DNA from: Octopus vulgaris
Taxonomy: Eukaryota
Length of the DNA stretch: 64,000 bases
Reading direction: 5' to 3'
Assembly: GCA_951406725.2 (NCBI GenBank)
Contig: OX597827.1
Span: 56,358,001-56,422,000, forward strand
This document shows, piece after piece, positions 37,696 through 51,118 of the stretch. A program made the position numbers and the translations under genes. A model generated the notes under the pieces. That model made no database searches. It worked only from the letters and a program-made list of their open reading frames with translations, and was not told the DNA's origin. The stretch's first letter is position 1, and every line of letters begins with the position of its first letter.

Positions 37696-37899
37696 GAGGC
37701 TACCCCCCTGATAATGCTAGTCCAAAATTAGAATGACTGGAGCAGGCACAAGAAAGCGAAGCTGGCCACTGATCGCAAACAACAAGATGTATTACAAAAT
37801 GTGATATAAGGTGAGAAAAATAATTACAAGCAATATAAAAGGGGCATGCACAAAATTTTTGACAAAGTTCAATGGCAAGGCATTGGAATTGTTCAGCAC

Positions 37900-40130
37900 A
37901 CGAGAAAACAATTGTTTGTCACAGGAAAAAGAAAAAGATTAAATGTAAATATTTCTGTTGAGTTTTTTGGGCTAATGCACAGTGCAGCCTGTCCTGGTGA
38001 CAAAGGGTTTGATAAGGAGAAATAAGAGTTCCTCTGACAGAATCATCCTGAACAAAAACATGAGTCCATTTGTCAATGTCAGGTGGGATGTGAGAGGGAA
38101 TAGACTGGTCATGTGGATGCATGGCTGGAAGACTTGAGAAATATGAGTGAAGTCTGGTGACATATGACTTTGGATCAGGATGCAATGAATTGCCTGGTGT
38201 CAACATTTCACCAGGGAGTGTCAGGATGGTACCGTAAAGGAGTTCAGCAGGGAAGAAACCTAAGTCTGTTTTAACAGCAGTGCGACAACCAAGAAGAACG
38301 ATAGACAGGAATTCTGTCCAAGACTGTGGATCAGGAATGGTGCGTAGAGTGGCCTTCAGTTGCCTGTGAAAATGTTCGACCATCCTGTTGGAAGCTGGTT
38401 GTACAAATGTGATGAACGTCTAGGATTTGTGACAGTTCACGAAATAAAGACTCTTTGAACTGGTGTCCATGATCAGTGGTTATTTTAGCTGGGACACCAA
38501 AGCGAGAAATCCAGTAAGAAACGAAAGCTTGAACAACTGACACAGCAGAAATGTCCACTATTGGAATGGTTTCAGGCCAATGAGAGAAATGATCAGTGCA
38601 TGTCACTATATAAGAGAAATCGCAATGGACAGGCCATGGTCCAACCAGATCAATGTGGACATGGCGAAAGCGAGTCTCTGGCAGAATGCTGGCATGATGC
38701 CAGGATGTGACAGTGAATGCAAGGCATCAAAAACAGAACACTGGTGGTTCACAGGTACAGTCTGGGAGAACCAGTAGCTGTATCACAAAGGATTGTACCT
38801 TCAGCAGATGGAAATGGAAGATAGGCAAACTTGCAACAGGACAACTTGGTAGAAGTTAAATCCAATGTGTCCAGAGCTGGCTGATTCTGGCAGTTAAATT
38901 GATTGCAGCAGGAGATGAAAGAAAACACACAGGAAGACGAGAGAGTGCATCAGCAGGTACATTCTCTGTTCCAGGTATATGCTGAATGTCACTCAGGAAA
39001 TGTAGTCCAGGTGACAAAAAGCACGCGGTGAGTGTCTGTCCAATTTAGATGACAGAGCAAACATAAGAGGCTTGTGACCAGTATAAATCACAAAATCCCA
39101 GCCCTCGAGTTGATGTTGAAAATGATAAACTGACAGGTAGATAACTAAGAGTTCACGATCAAACGTACTGTAACGACATTCATCTGGCTTTAATTGACGA
39201 GAAAAGAATGCCAGAGGTTGAGTTTGATTGTTGACGGTATGTTACAAAACAGCACCAACCGCAGAATCCAATGCATCACCTGTTAAAGAGAGATGAACAT
39301 CAGGAACCGGATGTGCAAGCAAAGGAACAGAAGCTATTTCCTTCTTGAAATGCTCAAAAGGTAGTGCCTCGGCAGATAGTGATAGAATTTTTTTTGTATT
39401 TGCTTTCAGTTGTCCGCACATTTATGTATGAATCTCCTGTAAAAGTTAACAATACCCAAGAAGTGGCGCAGAGAAGTGGGAGGTGAGATGCATTGAATTG
39501 CAGTGACTTTGGAGGAGAGAGGTCAGATACATTTAGAGTTGATATAATGACCTAGGAATTCTAGAGAGGTCTGTCCGAAAACACACTTATTGGGATTGAT
39601 TCGCACATTGTTGGTGCGAAGACGCTGAAAAAGTTGAGTTAAGTGTGGAGGTGATTTTCACACGTGTCGCTAGCTATGAGCAAATCATCGACATAAGCGA
39701 ACACAAAGTCAAGTCCATGGACAACTTTGTCAATAAAGCTGTGGAATGTGCTCTGCAAACTGAAGCTCATAAACAGGAACTCGAAACATCCAAAGGGGGT
39801 GGTAACGGCAGTTTTGGGAATGTCGTCAGGGTTCATTGGAATTTGATGATAAGCTTGGATGAGGTCAACCTTGGAAAAAATAGTACAACCATGCAAGTTT
39901 GAAGAAAAATCTTGGAGATTCCTTATAGGATAGCGATCAGGAACAGTGACCGCATTCAAACATCTGTAATCCTCCACTGGGCGAAAGTCTTAATCCCCTT
40001 TCCATGCCAAATGAAGAGGAGATGCTCAAGGGCTGGTGGAGGGGCAAATAAGGCCGAGTTGGAGCATATGCTCAACTCAGATCGAGCCTTTTTGAGCTGA
40101 TCAGGAGCGAGTCGAGTGTGTGACTTTGAC
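37900..40130 (-). mobile_element. Ty3/Gypsy pol relic (RT-RNaseH-integrase) in HINT1 intron 1
   Basis: [49 protein letters not shown]; PLAFFSRQL, YSTFDRELL; HVHIDLVGP, ISRFGVPAKITTDHGHQF, MVEHFHRQLK. Many frameshifts. Confidence 0.92.
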
Positions 40131-40432
40131 TGATATGGCGTGCTAACATTTCTACCAGCTCGCCACCTTAGTAAAAGAAAATATTATTTCTATAATGTGT
40201 TCAAAGATGAAAAACACTCTTCCTATATACCTGACAATGTCATTAAAATCTGAAGTAATCACATCTTTGGAATTTCAAACAAACAAGATAATGCATAGTT
40301 ACTTCAAATTGACGTAAATCAATAAGTATTAAATATGCCAGAGTAATTTGAATGTTAAAGGGTTAAACCAGAATTTTGCCTAAATTTGAATAAAATGTCT
40401 ATTTTTTTTTTTATTTGTTTGTTTCTGAACAG

Positions 40433-40537
40433 TGTGTTGCATTTCATGACGTCAACAAGCAAGCTCCTGTCCATATTTTGATCATACCCAAGACACCCAT
40501 TTCCCAAATATCAACAGCAAGTGATGAACATAAAGAA
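40433..40537 (+). CDS. HINT1: HINT1-like exon 2
   Basis: aacag| CVAFHDVNKQAPVHILIIPKTPISQISTASDEHKE |gtaagt, phase 0/0. Confidence 0.95.
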
Positions 40538-40550
40538 GTAAGTGAATTTA

Positions 40551-40730
40551 TTCTTTTACTTGTTTCAGTCATTTGATTGCAGCCATGCTGGAGCACCACC
40601 TTAAAGAGTTTTAGTCACAGAAATTGACCCTAAGACTTATTCTATTAGTCTTGTTTGCTGAACCACTAGGTTGTGGAAACATAAACACGAGCATCAATTG
40701 TCAAGCAATGGCAGGGACACACACACAATA
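40551..40730 (-). mobile_element. SINE family A 3' half
   Basis: ttcttttacttgtttcagtcatttgattgcagccatgctggagcacc. Confidence 0.8.
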
Positions 40731-40770
40731 TATGATGATGATGATGATGATGATATATATATATATATAT

Positions 40771-41392
40771 TTAAATTAGAGAAGAACCACCATGTAGCAA
40801 TTCAACAATGATTAAATCAAAATATATAGAAAAATTTTTTATATATGATAAAACATATACCTATATGATAAAACATATACCTATAAGTAAGTAAAGTACA
40901 AAATAATAAATATATAGTATATAATTAGTAAAAAGACTACACGTGTTTCATGGCTATATTTTCAAACTGATAACAGTAAAATCAATTCAATTTAAATATA
41001 GTCACTCATCAGGTCCAAGATAAAAAAAAAGTAAAATAATTAAATAAATAAATATACGTATATTATCTCGTAAGAAAATATAAATATATATATAAATACA
41101 TAATATTTTAATAAAAATTGAACAAAATTCAATAATATATCTTAAAATAAAAAGACAAAATATCTTAAATATATTCTGTTAAGTAAATCCTTAAACTTAT
41201 TACATAGGACTTATTGTTTATAAAATTTATCTCGTTAAAAAGCGTGGTGTAAATAAAACTAGAATAAATAGATATAAATATTTATTTTATCTATGAAAAT
41301 AAATTTTAGCTTATAGAAGAAAAAAAATAATAAACTATAATATATCATTACTAGAAAATTCAAATACAAGTAATTAAAACAAAATAAATAAA
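40771..41392 (-). mobile_element. Very AT-rich (TA)n-embedded element carrying a hammerhead (PLE pseudo-LTR-like)
   Basis: Bounded by (TA)n at ~40753-40770 and ~41393-41419; contains the HHR at 40934-41016. Confidence 0.6.
40934..41016 (-). ncRNA. Minimal type I hammerhead ribozyme with palindromic stem III
   Basis: Minus strand GGAC-CUGAUGA-GUGACUAUAUUU..AAAUAUAGCCAU-GAAA-CACGUG-UA^-GUCU. Confidence 0.75.
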
Positions 41393-41424
<32 letters not shown>

Positions 41425-41859
41425 CATAATATACATTAAGGAGTGGTGGGGAGGGGTAGTGCTAGGAATATGGCTTAGGTACCAAGGGGGTGGCAGCCTG
41501 AAAATATTTGGGAACCACTGATGTAATCTGTTAGATATTCATGTAGGAGCACACACATGACCAGAGTTATTAGGCTACTGAGAAAATTAGAGGTTGGAAC
41601 AAACACAGCTGTTCCAAGTTGTGTTCAGCATCCTACTTGTAGCGCAGCATCAGTAATATATTACTAGCTCTTTTGATAATAACCCACCTGAAACCACCCT
41701 TGGTTCTATGACACAAGTTCTGTTTTAACCCATTAGCATTCAGTTTAACCATGGTGCCACGTAAAAAGCACTGGTGCTGGGGCCACATAAAAAGGACTGG
41801 TGCTGGCACCACATAAAAAGCATTGGTGCTGGTGCCGCATGAGATGCACTGGTACTAGC

Positions 41860-42355
<496 letters not shown>

Positions 42356-42480
42356 CTAAATTTCCAACTTCATTCCAGGATGTAAACTCCTGCAGTATTT
42401 CAAGGTGCATAATAATAATAATGTTGTAAATGTCTCTTAAGACAGTGTCTCATTTAAAGTTTTGCTGTAATCTATAAAGA

Positions 42481-42486
42481 AATAAA
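42481..42486 (+). terminator. Candidate polyadenylation signal of HINT1
   Basis: AATAAA ~125 nt after the stop, followed by T-rich sequence. Confidence 0.55.
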
Positions 42487-42793
42487 GTATCATCCTGGTG
42501 CATGAAATAATTCAATTTATTTCATTTCCATATGTTCTGTCTTCTGTTTTTATCTAATTTTATAAGAGGAAATACATGTAGTGGCAATAATTTGCTGAAT
42601 TGGTGATCAGAATTAAATATATGAAATAAGTTATCATTTTAACACCCATGGGTTGAATGAAATTTGAGGCAGGTTTTCTACAGCTGGTTGTCACTGGAAA
42701 TAAATAACACTGCTTGTGTTCTTTTGTCCAGTACAGTTAAATTCTCTAAGAAATGGAAAAAAAAGAAAATTACAATACTTAGATCTACATTAT

Positions 42794-43125
42794 AGGTGCA
42801 GGAGTGGCTGTGTGGTAAGTAGTTTGCTTACCAACCACATGGTTCTGGGTTCAGTCCCACTGCATGGCACCTTGGGCAAGTGTCTTCTACTATAGCCTTG
42901 GGCCAACCAAAGCCTTGTGAGTGGATTTGGTAGATGGAAACTGAAATAAGCCTGTCGTATATGTATGTGTGTGTCTGTGTTTGTCTCCCAACATTGCTTG
43001 ACAACCGATGCTGGTGTGTTTATGTCCCTGTAACTTAGCGGTTCAGCAAAAGAGACCGATAGAATAAGTACTAGGCTTACAAAGATTAAGTCCTGGGGTC
43101 GATTTGCTCGACTAAAGGTGGTGCC
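42794..43125 (+). mobile_element. SINE family A between the convergent HINT1 and ACADSB 3' ends
   Basis: Well-preserved head and body; 3' tail truncated. Confidence 0.88.
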
Positions 43126-43955
43126 TCAACAAATTCTGTTTGACCCATGAAAGAATAGAAAAGTAGGTGCTAAAATGATAAAGTTCATCATACAACTACA
43201 CAATAAATGAGTCAAGAAGTATCTAATGTTGTTAGAGTAAATTTTATTTATTTTACAGGGCTGACCGTTCTTGTGGTAATAGAAAAAAATATATATATTC
43301 AAGAATAACAAATGTACACAACTTTATGTTCCTATCAGCTGAAATTAAGAAATTCTAATTTATATTGCATTGATTTAATTTGATTCATCACAGGTCTAGT
43401 TTTTTTGTAGGAATTGATTGCAGTATATTATTAAATTGCTTCAAAGACTCGGAGGAGGAGAGATGGAAGTTAACATTGATTTCAGCTGGAATTGAGTTCA
43501 ATACATTAAATAATAATTAAATATCTTAGTCTTAACATTTTGCAGTTTCTTCCACCTAACCTGTAAATATACTTTTATTAAACATAAGTGCATTTTTTGG
43601 GTTTGATCTGGCATGTTACTGCTACTCAGAAGGCTGCAAGGTCTGAACTCAGAACACTTAGGAACAAAACTATGAGGTTCAGTTCTCTACAATATGTAAC
43701 AGTGAACAAGTAGCAACCACTGAAGAAACACCATTGCTAGTCTCATTTATAATTTAACGAACTGGTTGATTTCTCACTTCCACAAGAGATTTATTTTTTG
43801 ATATGTGTGGATTAGAATAGATTGTTGTTTTTTTCAATGGTTAGAACCCATTTTTGTTTTATCCTTGAAGACATAGTTTCTAAATTAAAAACAAGTGGTG
43901 TAACTCAAGTGAGAGAAAATAGTGGATTCAAAAACTGCAGTTTCTTGTACGGTTC

Positions 43956-44032
43956 TTACATTTGGTATTCAGTTGCAAGGCATTTGGCTATAGTGTTCAG
44001 TTGAATATTTGACGTTCCTTCATAAATAGTAC
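43956..44032 (-). CDS. ACADSB: Short/branched-chain acyl-CoA dehydrogenase, exon 11 (last)
   Basis: tacag| (G)TIYEGTSNIQLNTIAKCLATEYQM*; contains the catalytic Glu of the IYEG motif. Confidence 0.95.
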
Positions 44033-44752
44033 CTGTAGAAAAAACAATATTAAGTGATGATTAAATACTAAAAGGTACAGCTCAATTTGGTGTATGTGTG
44101 TGTATATATATATTGCAAACAACTTGGAGATACAAGTGCTACCAGTTGAAAGCTCTGCATACCAGATGCAAACAAGCTCATGTGGGTCATCAGAGGAGAA
44201 TGCATGCTGTTTTGAGCCTTCTTCTCAATGTTATTGTGCACCCCAACTCACCGAGATGAGGCCCCACTTGCCAGATTAATTGGTTACTAAGTTTCACTCA
44301 ATATTCTTCTAGCCATTGCTCATCATCTCTTTTTAATCAAATCCAGTGGCTTGCTTTCTCCACTGTAGTCTGGCTATCATTTATGATGAGTTAGGCCAAA
44401 CTATATTTTGGAATGTAATAAATATTTGCATATATTCATGCTAAGCCAAAAAGTTTTTGTTTTTCAATTGAAAAGTGAGGATATTTCATATTCCAGCATT
44501 ATTTCTTTTTTTAGATACAGCAAGGAGAGACAGCTGAAGAGTCTTGTTAGCATGCAGTATTTTCCTATCAATAAAAAGAAATTTGTCAAACTGGCATCTT
44601 GTGAATGGAGACAGATATTTCTCAACCATCAAGTACTTGAAAATTGAAATAATCTCTAGCACATTCTAATAGTGGTAATTTTAGTTTATGAAAAGTGAAT
44701 AGAGATGGAGTGAAAATATTTTATACTATAAAATAAGTCACAAGATACACAC

Positions 44753-44852
44753 CAATTTTGCAATCTCTGAAATATTTTTCAATAGGGTAGTCTTTGGTAA
44801 AACCAACTCCACCCATCCATTCTATACACTTTGATGTAGTTTCTGTTGCTGC
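44753..44852 (-). CDS. ACADSB: ACADSB exon 10
   Basis: tttag| [34 protein letters not shown]|gtgtgt. Confidence 0.95.
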
Positions 44853-44987
44853 CTAAAAAAAAGATTTAAAAAAAATTCCAGTTAGGAAACAAAAAGCAGA
44901 GTAAAAGCAAAACAAACAAATTACTTCAACCACATACAAACTGACTGCATGTGACAGGTTTTAACTTCCACAAACTGTAAAGAGTTA

Positions 44988-45310
44988 AAGAACCCCTTCG
45001 GTCATGAATGACCGTGGGATTGCACCTAGAAAGTTACTTACTCTCTGAGACACAACTCTGGGCAAGATGGTTTATGGAAGACCAGCAGTTGGCCAGGCAT
45101 AGCATTCTCCCCTCTCTATGCCACCAATGTTATCCAAGGGAAAGGCAAAGGCAGCTACAGTTTGGCACCAGAGATGTCACAACTCATTTCAAGAGCTGAG
45201 TGAACTGGAGCAACATGAAATAAAGTGTCTTGCTCAAGAACACAACACAAAGCCCAGTCTGGAAATCAAGCTCACATTCATGATTGTGAGCCCGATGCTC
45301 TAATCACTGT
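44988..45310 (-). mobile_element. tRNA-derived SINE (family E)
   Basis: tgaaataaagtgtcttgctcaagaacacaac plus an inverted tRNA-like head. Related sequence at ~46620-46910 and ~54345-54550. Confidence 0.65.
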
Positions 45311-45586
45311 ATAGAGTTACAAATACGAAAAATATAAAATTTTATAGGACTTAAAGATGCATATTTTTATAAATATAATGTTCTCTATGCACATTTCTTA
45401 AAATTATCTTCTTCACCTCCTGTCAAGTCTCAGGGATGTTTAGATAACCTGGGAAAAGTGAAGCTTCTTTCTTAAGTTCACTCTCATCTATCATCAATGA
45501 CCAAAGAAATTCCAGTCATGACCATCCCACCTTTTTAGGGGAAGAGTTATATCTAAGATTAAAATGATCCAATATATAGCAGAGAT

Positions 45587-45960
45587 AGGCGCAGGAGTGG
45601 CTGTGTGGTAAGTAGCTTGCTAACCAACCACATGGTTCTGGGTTCAGTCCCACTGCGTGGCATCTTGGGCAAGTGTCTTCTGCTATAGCCCCGGGCCGAC
45701 CAATGCCTTGTGAGTGGATTTGGTAGACGGAAACTGAAAGAAGCCTGTCGTATATATGTATATATATATATGTGTGTTTGTCCCCCTAGCATTGCTTGAC
45801 AACTGATGCTGGTGTGTTTACGTCCCCGTCACTTAGCGGTTCAGCAAAAGAGACCAATAGAATAAGTACTGGGCTTACAAAGAATAAGTCCCGGGGTCGA
45901 TTTGCTCGACTAAAGGCGGTGCTCCAGCATGGCCGCAGTCAAATAAAAGTAGTAAAAGAG
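45587..45960 (+). mobile_element. SINE family A, young full-length copy
   Basis: ggcgcaggagtggctgtgtggtaag head, ggttcagtccc B box, internal (TA)n, many CpGs intact. Confidence 0.9.
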
Positions 45961-46916
45961 TATGTGTCCTTCACTTTTTTAGATGAAGTGTGGTTTGAAG
46001 GAGAGTTGGCTGCTATTTCTAGCGTGTCTTTCTGAATGACTTGTCACAAATACTTACCTGTACTGTTGAATAAGTGAAACATTATTTTAAGTTATATGAA
46101 GTGTTGTTGACCAACATCTGAACAAAGTGTATTAGATAAAGTGAGATAAATTATGATAGAGTTACACATATATACAATCATACTTACTTACAGCATAGAT
46201 AGTAACAACACAAAACGTCTTCAATGCATGACTAAATATTACAAAATCTAATTATTTTTTCTCTAAGCAAACATCTATACATATCTTTATCTTTCTCCTT
46301 AAATTCAATCCCCAGTTGTTGTCTAACCCCAGGTCAACCTTGACTGATAACACCTTTAATTAAAAGCATTTCAGGTCAAACCACCCTATCTTAGTTTCAA
46401 ACAGTGCATCAAGACTATTAAACAGACTGAAACCTTCACTTTTTAAAATGGTGGAATGCGGCTTGAGGGGAATTTGGCTGCAATTTCTAGCAAGTTGAAA
46501 GACTACATACAAACTCCCTCTTGTGTGCTCTAGTCCAGGTTAAATCATGTGAGTCGTAACACATCAACAAGCAGGTATTTTATTTATAGATACTTAAACA
46601 TCTAAAATAGGTCTGATGGTTAAATTGTTAGGGCATAACTAATCATGTGACCAAATAGACTATTAAATGTTGTTACACATCACTGGTCAAAATGTGCCTT
46701 GCATGGCTTTTAACCTTTGAATAATGCTACTCCACTGGCTAGGCGAGCAGGCCAACCTTCCCTGCTGATCTAAAGGAGGACTATAGCAATGTGAAATGAA
46801 GTGTTTTGCTCAAGAACACAATGCACCACCCAGTCTGGGAATCAAACCCATGATATAGCAATCGTGAGTACAACAGCCTAACCACTAGGCCATGCACTTT
46901 CACATATGAGGACATA

Positions 46917-47430
46917 CCGTAAATCCTCGAGTATAGTCCGCCCTTGAGTATAATACGCAGGGGATTTTTAAGGGGCTGTACCTCTGAAAAACCTAAACCT
47001 TGTGTATAATACACACCCCTTCTCTAACTTGAGTCAAGGAGGTCTATATAACATCCTTGGTTTGTAAAAATGTAAACGGTAACGCCCTTTATTATTATTG
47101 TATATATAACATAATGCAAACGTGTAGCTTTTGTGTGCATTTTGTTTACAGATAATAAAGAAATAACAGTAGTAACGTTTAGTAAATGTTGCTTACTGCA
47201 AGTTATGGATGATTCTTTTATGACTTCATTGCTTTCAGGTTTAGCTTAAGGTATTTTCGTGCCCAACATCACAAAATGCGTCTGAATAAACATTGCCAGA
47301 CAGCAAATAGAGACTCGGACATTGCTTAGAAAATATTTTTTCATTTTTAAACCTCGTATATAGTACACACTAGGGATTTTGACCTTTAAATTTTGGGGAA
47401 AAAATGCAAATTATACTCGAGGATTTATGG
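46917..47430. mobile_element. Tc1/mariner-superfamily (pogo/Tc2-like) MITE
   Basis: TA|ccgtaaatcctcgagtata ... tatactcgaggatttatgg|TA. Confidence 0.8.
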
Positions 47431-47680
47431 TAGGTAATGAATTGATAAAATAACAGAATTGCATTATTAGGCAAGGAATTCTATTCCACTTGCTTATTTC
47501 TAATTATTTGCCTGACAAGTTAGTTCTTTTGTCTTACTTCATAATTGATTGGTTGATGCTAGTAAAACATCTAACACCAGTAAATTTCCAAATTTGTAAA
47601 ATTACTTGACCCAGCGAAACATAAAAAAGAATGGAACTAGATGATGTAAAGTTATTCAATAAATAATTGCTTTTTTTAAC

Positions 47681-47818
47681 CTCAGATGCAAACAGCTTTG
47701 CCATAGCTGCTTCCTTCATAATAGGGAGACCAGCTTCCTTCATTCTGGCAGCATTGTAAACAAGGAGTCGAGCAGCTTCAATCTGTGTAGCAACACGGGA
47801 TATTTGGTGCTGCATGGA
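47681..47818 (-). CDS. ACADSB: ACADSB exon 9
   Basis: ttcag| [46 protein letters not shown] |gttaaa. Confidence 0.95.
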
Positions 47819-48197
47819 CTGAAACAAGATATAAAATAGGGAACAGTTAAAAGAATTGGGTAAAGAATAATTAAAACACTGATATTGATATCTCACACGA
47901 TACTGGTTTCAAATTTTGGCATAAGACCAGCAATTTCAGGAGAGGAGCCTACATTGATTAAATTGACTCCAGTGTTCACCTGGTATTTATTTTATCAACT
48001 ATGAAAGGACGTAAGGCAAAGCTGACTCCGGCAAAATTTGAATCCAGCCCAGAAATGTAAAGACAGATGAAATACCACCAAGTATTTTGCCTGGCATATG
48101 ACCAAGTGGATAGGGATGCAATGTGGCAGGTGTTGCAGTTGTATGTAGATTGTTGAGAGTTGACATGCAAATTCGTGAAGCGTTCCATATTTTTCAT

Positions 48198-48361
48198 AGG
48201 CGTAGGAGTGGCTGTGGGGTAAGTAGCTTGCTTACAAACCACATGGTTCCGGGTTCAGTCCCACTGCGTGACACCATGGACAAGTGTCTTCTACTATAGC
48301 CTTAGGCTGACCAAAGCCTTGTGAGTGGATTTGGTAGACGGAAACTGAAGGAAGCCCATCA

Positions 48362-48402
<41 letters not shown>

Positions 48403-48606
48403 GTTTATGTGTCTGTGTTTGTCCCCCCCAACATCACTTGACAATCGATGCTGGTGTGTTTACGTCCCCGTAACTTAGCGGTTCAGCAAAAGAAACCGAT
48501 AGAATAAGTACTAGGCTTACAAAGAATAAGTCCTGGGGTCGATTTGCTTGACTAAATGTGGTGCTCCAGAATGGCCACAGTCAAATAACTGAAACAAGTA
48601 GAAGAG
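48198..48606 (+). mobile_element. SINE family A, full-length
   Basis: Same head, body and tail as the copy at 45587. Confidence 0.9.
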
Positions 48607-48609
48607 TTG

Positions 48610-49200
48610 TTCAGAGTTTTTATAGAAAAAGAAGGGTGTGTTAGGATGGGTGGTGAAGTGAGTGGTTTGATATGAAGGTGGGGTTAAGTCTCCATGGCTG
48701 TTTAATTTATAAATGGATGGTATGATGAGAGAGGTAAATGCTAGAACCCTTGGTAAGGGAGCCCAAATTGTGGGAGAAAATGGAGAGAAATGGTAGGTGA
48801 GTCAGTTATTGTTTGCTGATGATACAACACTGGGGGCTGATTTGGAAGAGCAACTGAGGAGACTGGTGGTAGAGTTTGGAAGAGTGTGTGAGAGGAAGAA
48901 ACTGAAAGTGAATATAGCTCAGAGTAAGGTGATGAGATGTTCGAGAGATAGAATGGTTGGTAGGATGGATGTAAGTATAAATGGTGAGATGTTAGAGGTG
49001 GTGGGTGTTTTAAGTATCTGGGGTCACATGTGACAGTGGATGAGGGGGGTTGGCTGAGGAGGTGGGATACAGAGTGAGGGAGGAGAGTAAGATACTTGGA
49101 GTTGCAAAAGGTATGCTGAGAGATAAAAGGTTGAGTATGAAAGCGAAAAGAGGTGTGTGTGAGGGCGCGATTGTGCCGACAATGTTAGGTGGTCCTGAGA
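48610..49200 (+). mobile_element. RTE-clade LINE reverse transcriptase fragment
   Basis: SPWLFNL, SQLLFADDTTL, LKVNIAQSKVM, LSMKAKRGVCEGAIVPTML. Confidence 0.8.
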
Positions 49201-49403
49201 GGTGGTGCCATGTAGTGGGACTGAACCTGAAACCATGTGATTGGGAAGTAAACTTCTTAACCACACAGTCATGCTTTCACCATTAGCAAAATAAAAATCA
49301 TATAGAGACAAAGTAGTTCCTTAAGAGCTGATCACTGTATTATTACTACATTGTAAATATAAGGAAATAGTAAAAAAAAAAAAAAGGAAGAAATCTCACT
49401 GAC

Positions 49404-49493
49404 CTGGAAATTCCATATACTTTGTCCAAATTGCTTTCGTTGCATAACATAATCAATAGTGTGAGCTAGACAACCACTTGCCAGACCAATCAT
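49404..49493 (-). CDS. ACADSB: ACADSB exon 8
   Basis: ttcaag| MIGLASGCLAHTIDYVMQRKQFGQSIWNFQ |gtcagt; RKQFG FAD-binding motif. Confidence 0.93.
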
Positions 49494-49606
49494 CTTGAAC
49501 AAAATACATAGGATTGTAGGTTTTACATACATACAGATAGATAGACAGACAGATATATAGGTTCCCTATATTTCATTACATCACATTACTTATATATACA
49601 TATATA

Positions 49607-49812
49607 CGGGGTGCTAAAAAGTTGCCTGGCTTTGGGTAAAAGAAAACACAGGAGGATCAGTTAATTATGATTTTATTCAACATATTATTCTCCTTTCAGA
49701 TTCATACACTTATTGCAGCAGTCCTTCAATTTTTGTAAGTCTTGTAAAAGAACTCAGAAAGTTGGGCCTTTCATGATACCCTTAAAGCCAGGAACTTTTC
49801 AGCACCCCCTCA
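49607..49812. mobile_element. Mariner-derived MITE
   Basis: ggggtgctaaaaagttgcctggcttt / aaagccaggaacttttcagcacccc, TA context. Confidence 0.7.
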
Positions 49813-50184
49813 TATTATACAGAATAAATAGAATAATTTTTGCATAAAGAGACAAATCCTTTGGTACTTTAAAATTCTAAACCTTCAGCTTGTTTTGCCA
49901 ACCTAATTTTTAAAAAAAACACACATCTAAAGCAAAAGTTTTTCACGTACCCTTAATATACTACTGTAGGTCCCCAATTTAATATTTTGCTCAATGTTTT
50001 AGTGTGAAGTTGTTTTTTTTAACTGTAAAGTTTGGCCTGAAAACTGACATGTATGCTGGAAAATATAGTTGCTCATTATATAATCCCTAAGCTATCACAT
50101 TTCTTCAGACACAACTTACAATTCTGGAACCCAAAAAAAGAAAGAGAAAAGTTTTTAAAAAAATTTCTTAAATTTAGTACAAAC

Positions 50185-50277
50185 CTGAGATCCAATGGCA
50201 ATTCTTCCTTCATTAAGAATACCTATAGCATATTTATAACCATGACCAATAGTTCCAAGTATGTTTTCTTCTGGTAC
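50185..50277 (-). CDS. ACADSB: ACADSB exon 7
   Basis: tttag| [31 protein letters not shown] |gtttgt. Confidence 0.95.
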
Positions 50278-50318
50278 CTAAAAATTAAAACAGATTAAGA
50301 ATTGTTTATAACTAATGT

Positions 50319-50545
50319 TTAACCCTTTAGTATTTAAACCAACAGTATCTGGACAAACATTCTACCTATTTTATCTTCAGACCGGCCAGATCCAGCCTCT
50401 CACACCTACCCTGAAATGTCATTCTCAAAATAAACAATCGTAACTTTAAAATCTCAATGCTACAAGATAATGCATGATTGATTCAAAACACTGTGAATAA
50501 ATAAGCATTACATTTGACAGAGTAATCTGAATGCTAGAGGATTAA
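50319..50545. mobile_element. piggyBac-like MITE
   Basis: ttaaccctttagtattt ... aatgctagaggattaa. Confidence 0.7.
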
Positions 50546-50890
50546 ACCTTAAATTTTAATAGTTGTTGTTTAGCCCCAGGTTAACCATAATCTGAGTGGA
50601 TCTCTGATCAAAGAACCTTCAGATATGAACTTCCTTTAAAGCATAACTAATCTGGAATTACATTATATAATGTATCCTTCTTTCCTAAAACAGTAAGGTA
50701 AAATTTCAAAGAGATTTTTACTGCTATTTCTAATAATTCAATCAGCTGCATAGTGGATCTCTTGTTGGCTCAATTAACGTTTAGTAGTTGATTAGCCACA
50801 ACAGATCAGCTCTGATCAAGCAAACTTATGATCTAGACAGTCCATTGATTGTGATCAACCTATATATATTCAGAAATAGTGAATCTCGGA

Positions 50891-51118
50891 TTAACCCTTT
50901 TGTTACTGTATTTATTTTGAGATGCTCTGTATTTCTTTCAATTACTTTAAATATAACAAAGAATTTAGTAAAATAACTTAGTTATCATTAAGCTAGTGTT
51001 AGGAACATAAATTGTGACTAAGGTTTGCTGGAAGATTTTAATTCAAAACTTATGAAAACAAGACATTTGTACTCAGAGCCAGAGCCGGTTTCAGCTAGGT
51101 TGGTATTGAAAGGGTTAA
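50891..51118. mobile_element. piggyBac-like MITE (same family as 10858-11085)
   Basis: ttaacccttttgttac ... gtattgaaagggttaa. Confidence 0.8.

Noticed and set aside
44094-44279. 61-aa ORF with QVLPV and nearby DEAP, reminiscent of a Helitron helicase
   Set aside because: Motifs are too short and in the wrong order; lies antisense in ACADSB intron 10.
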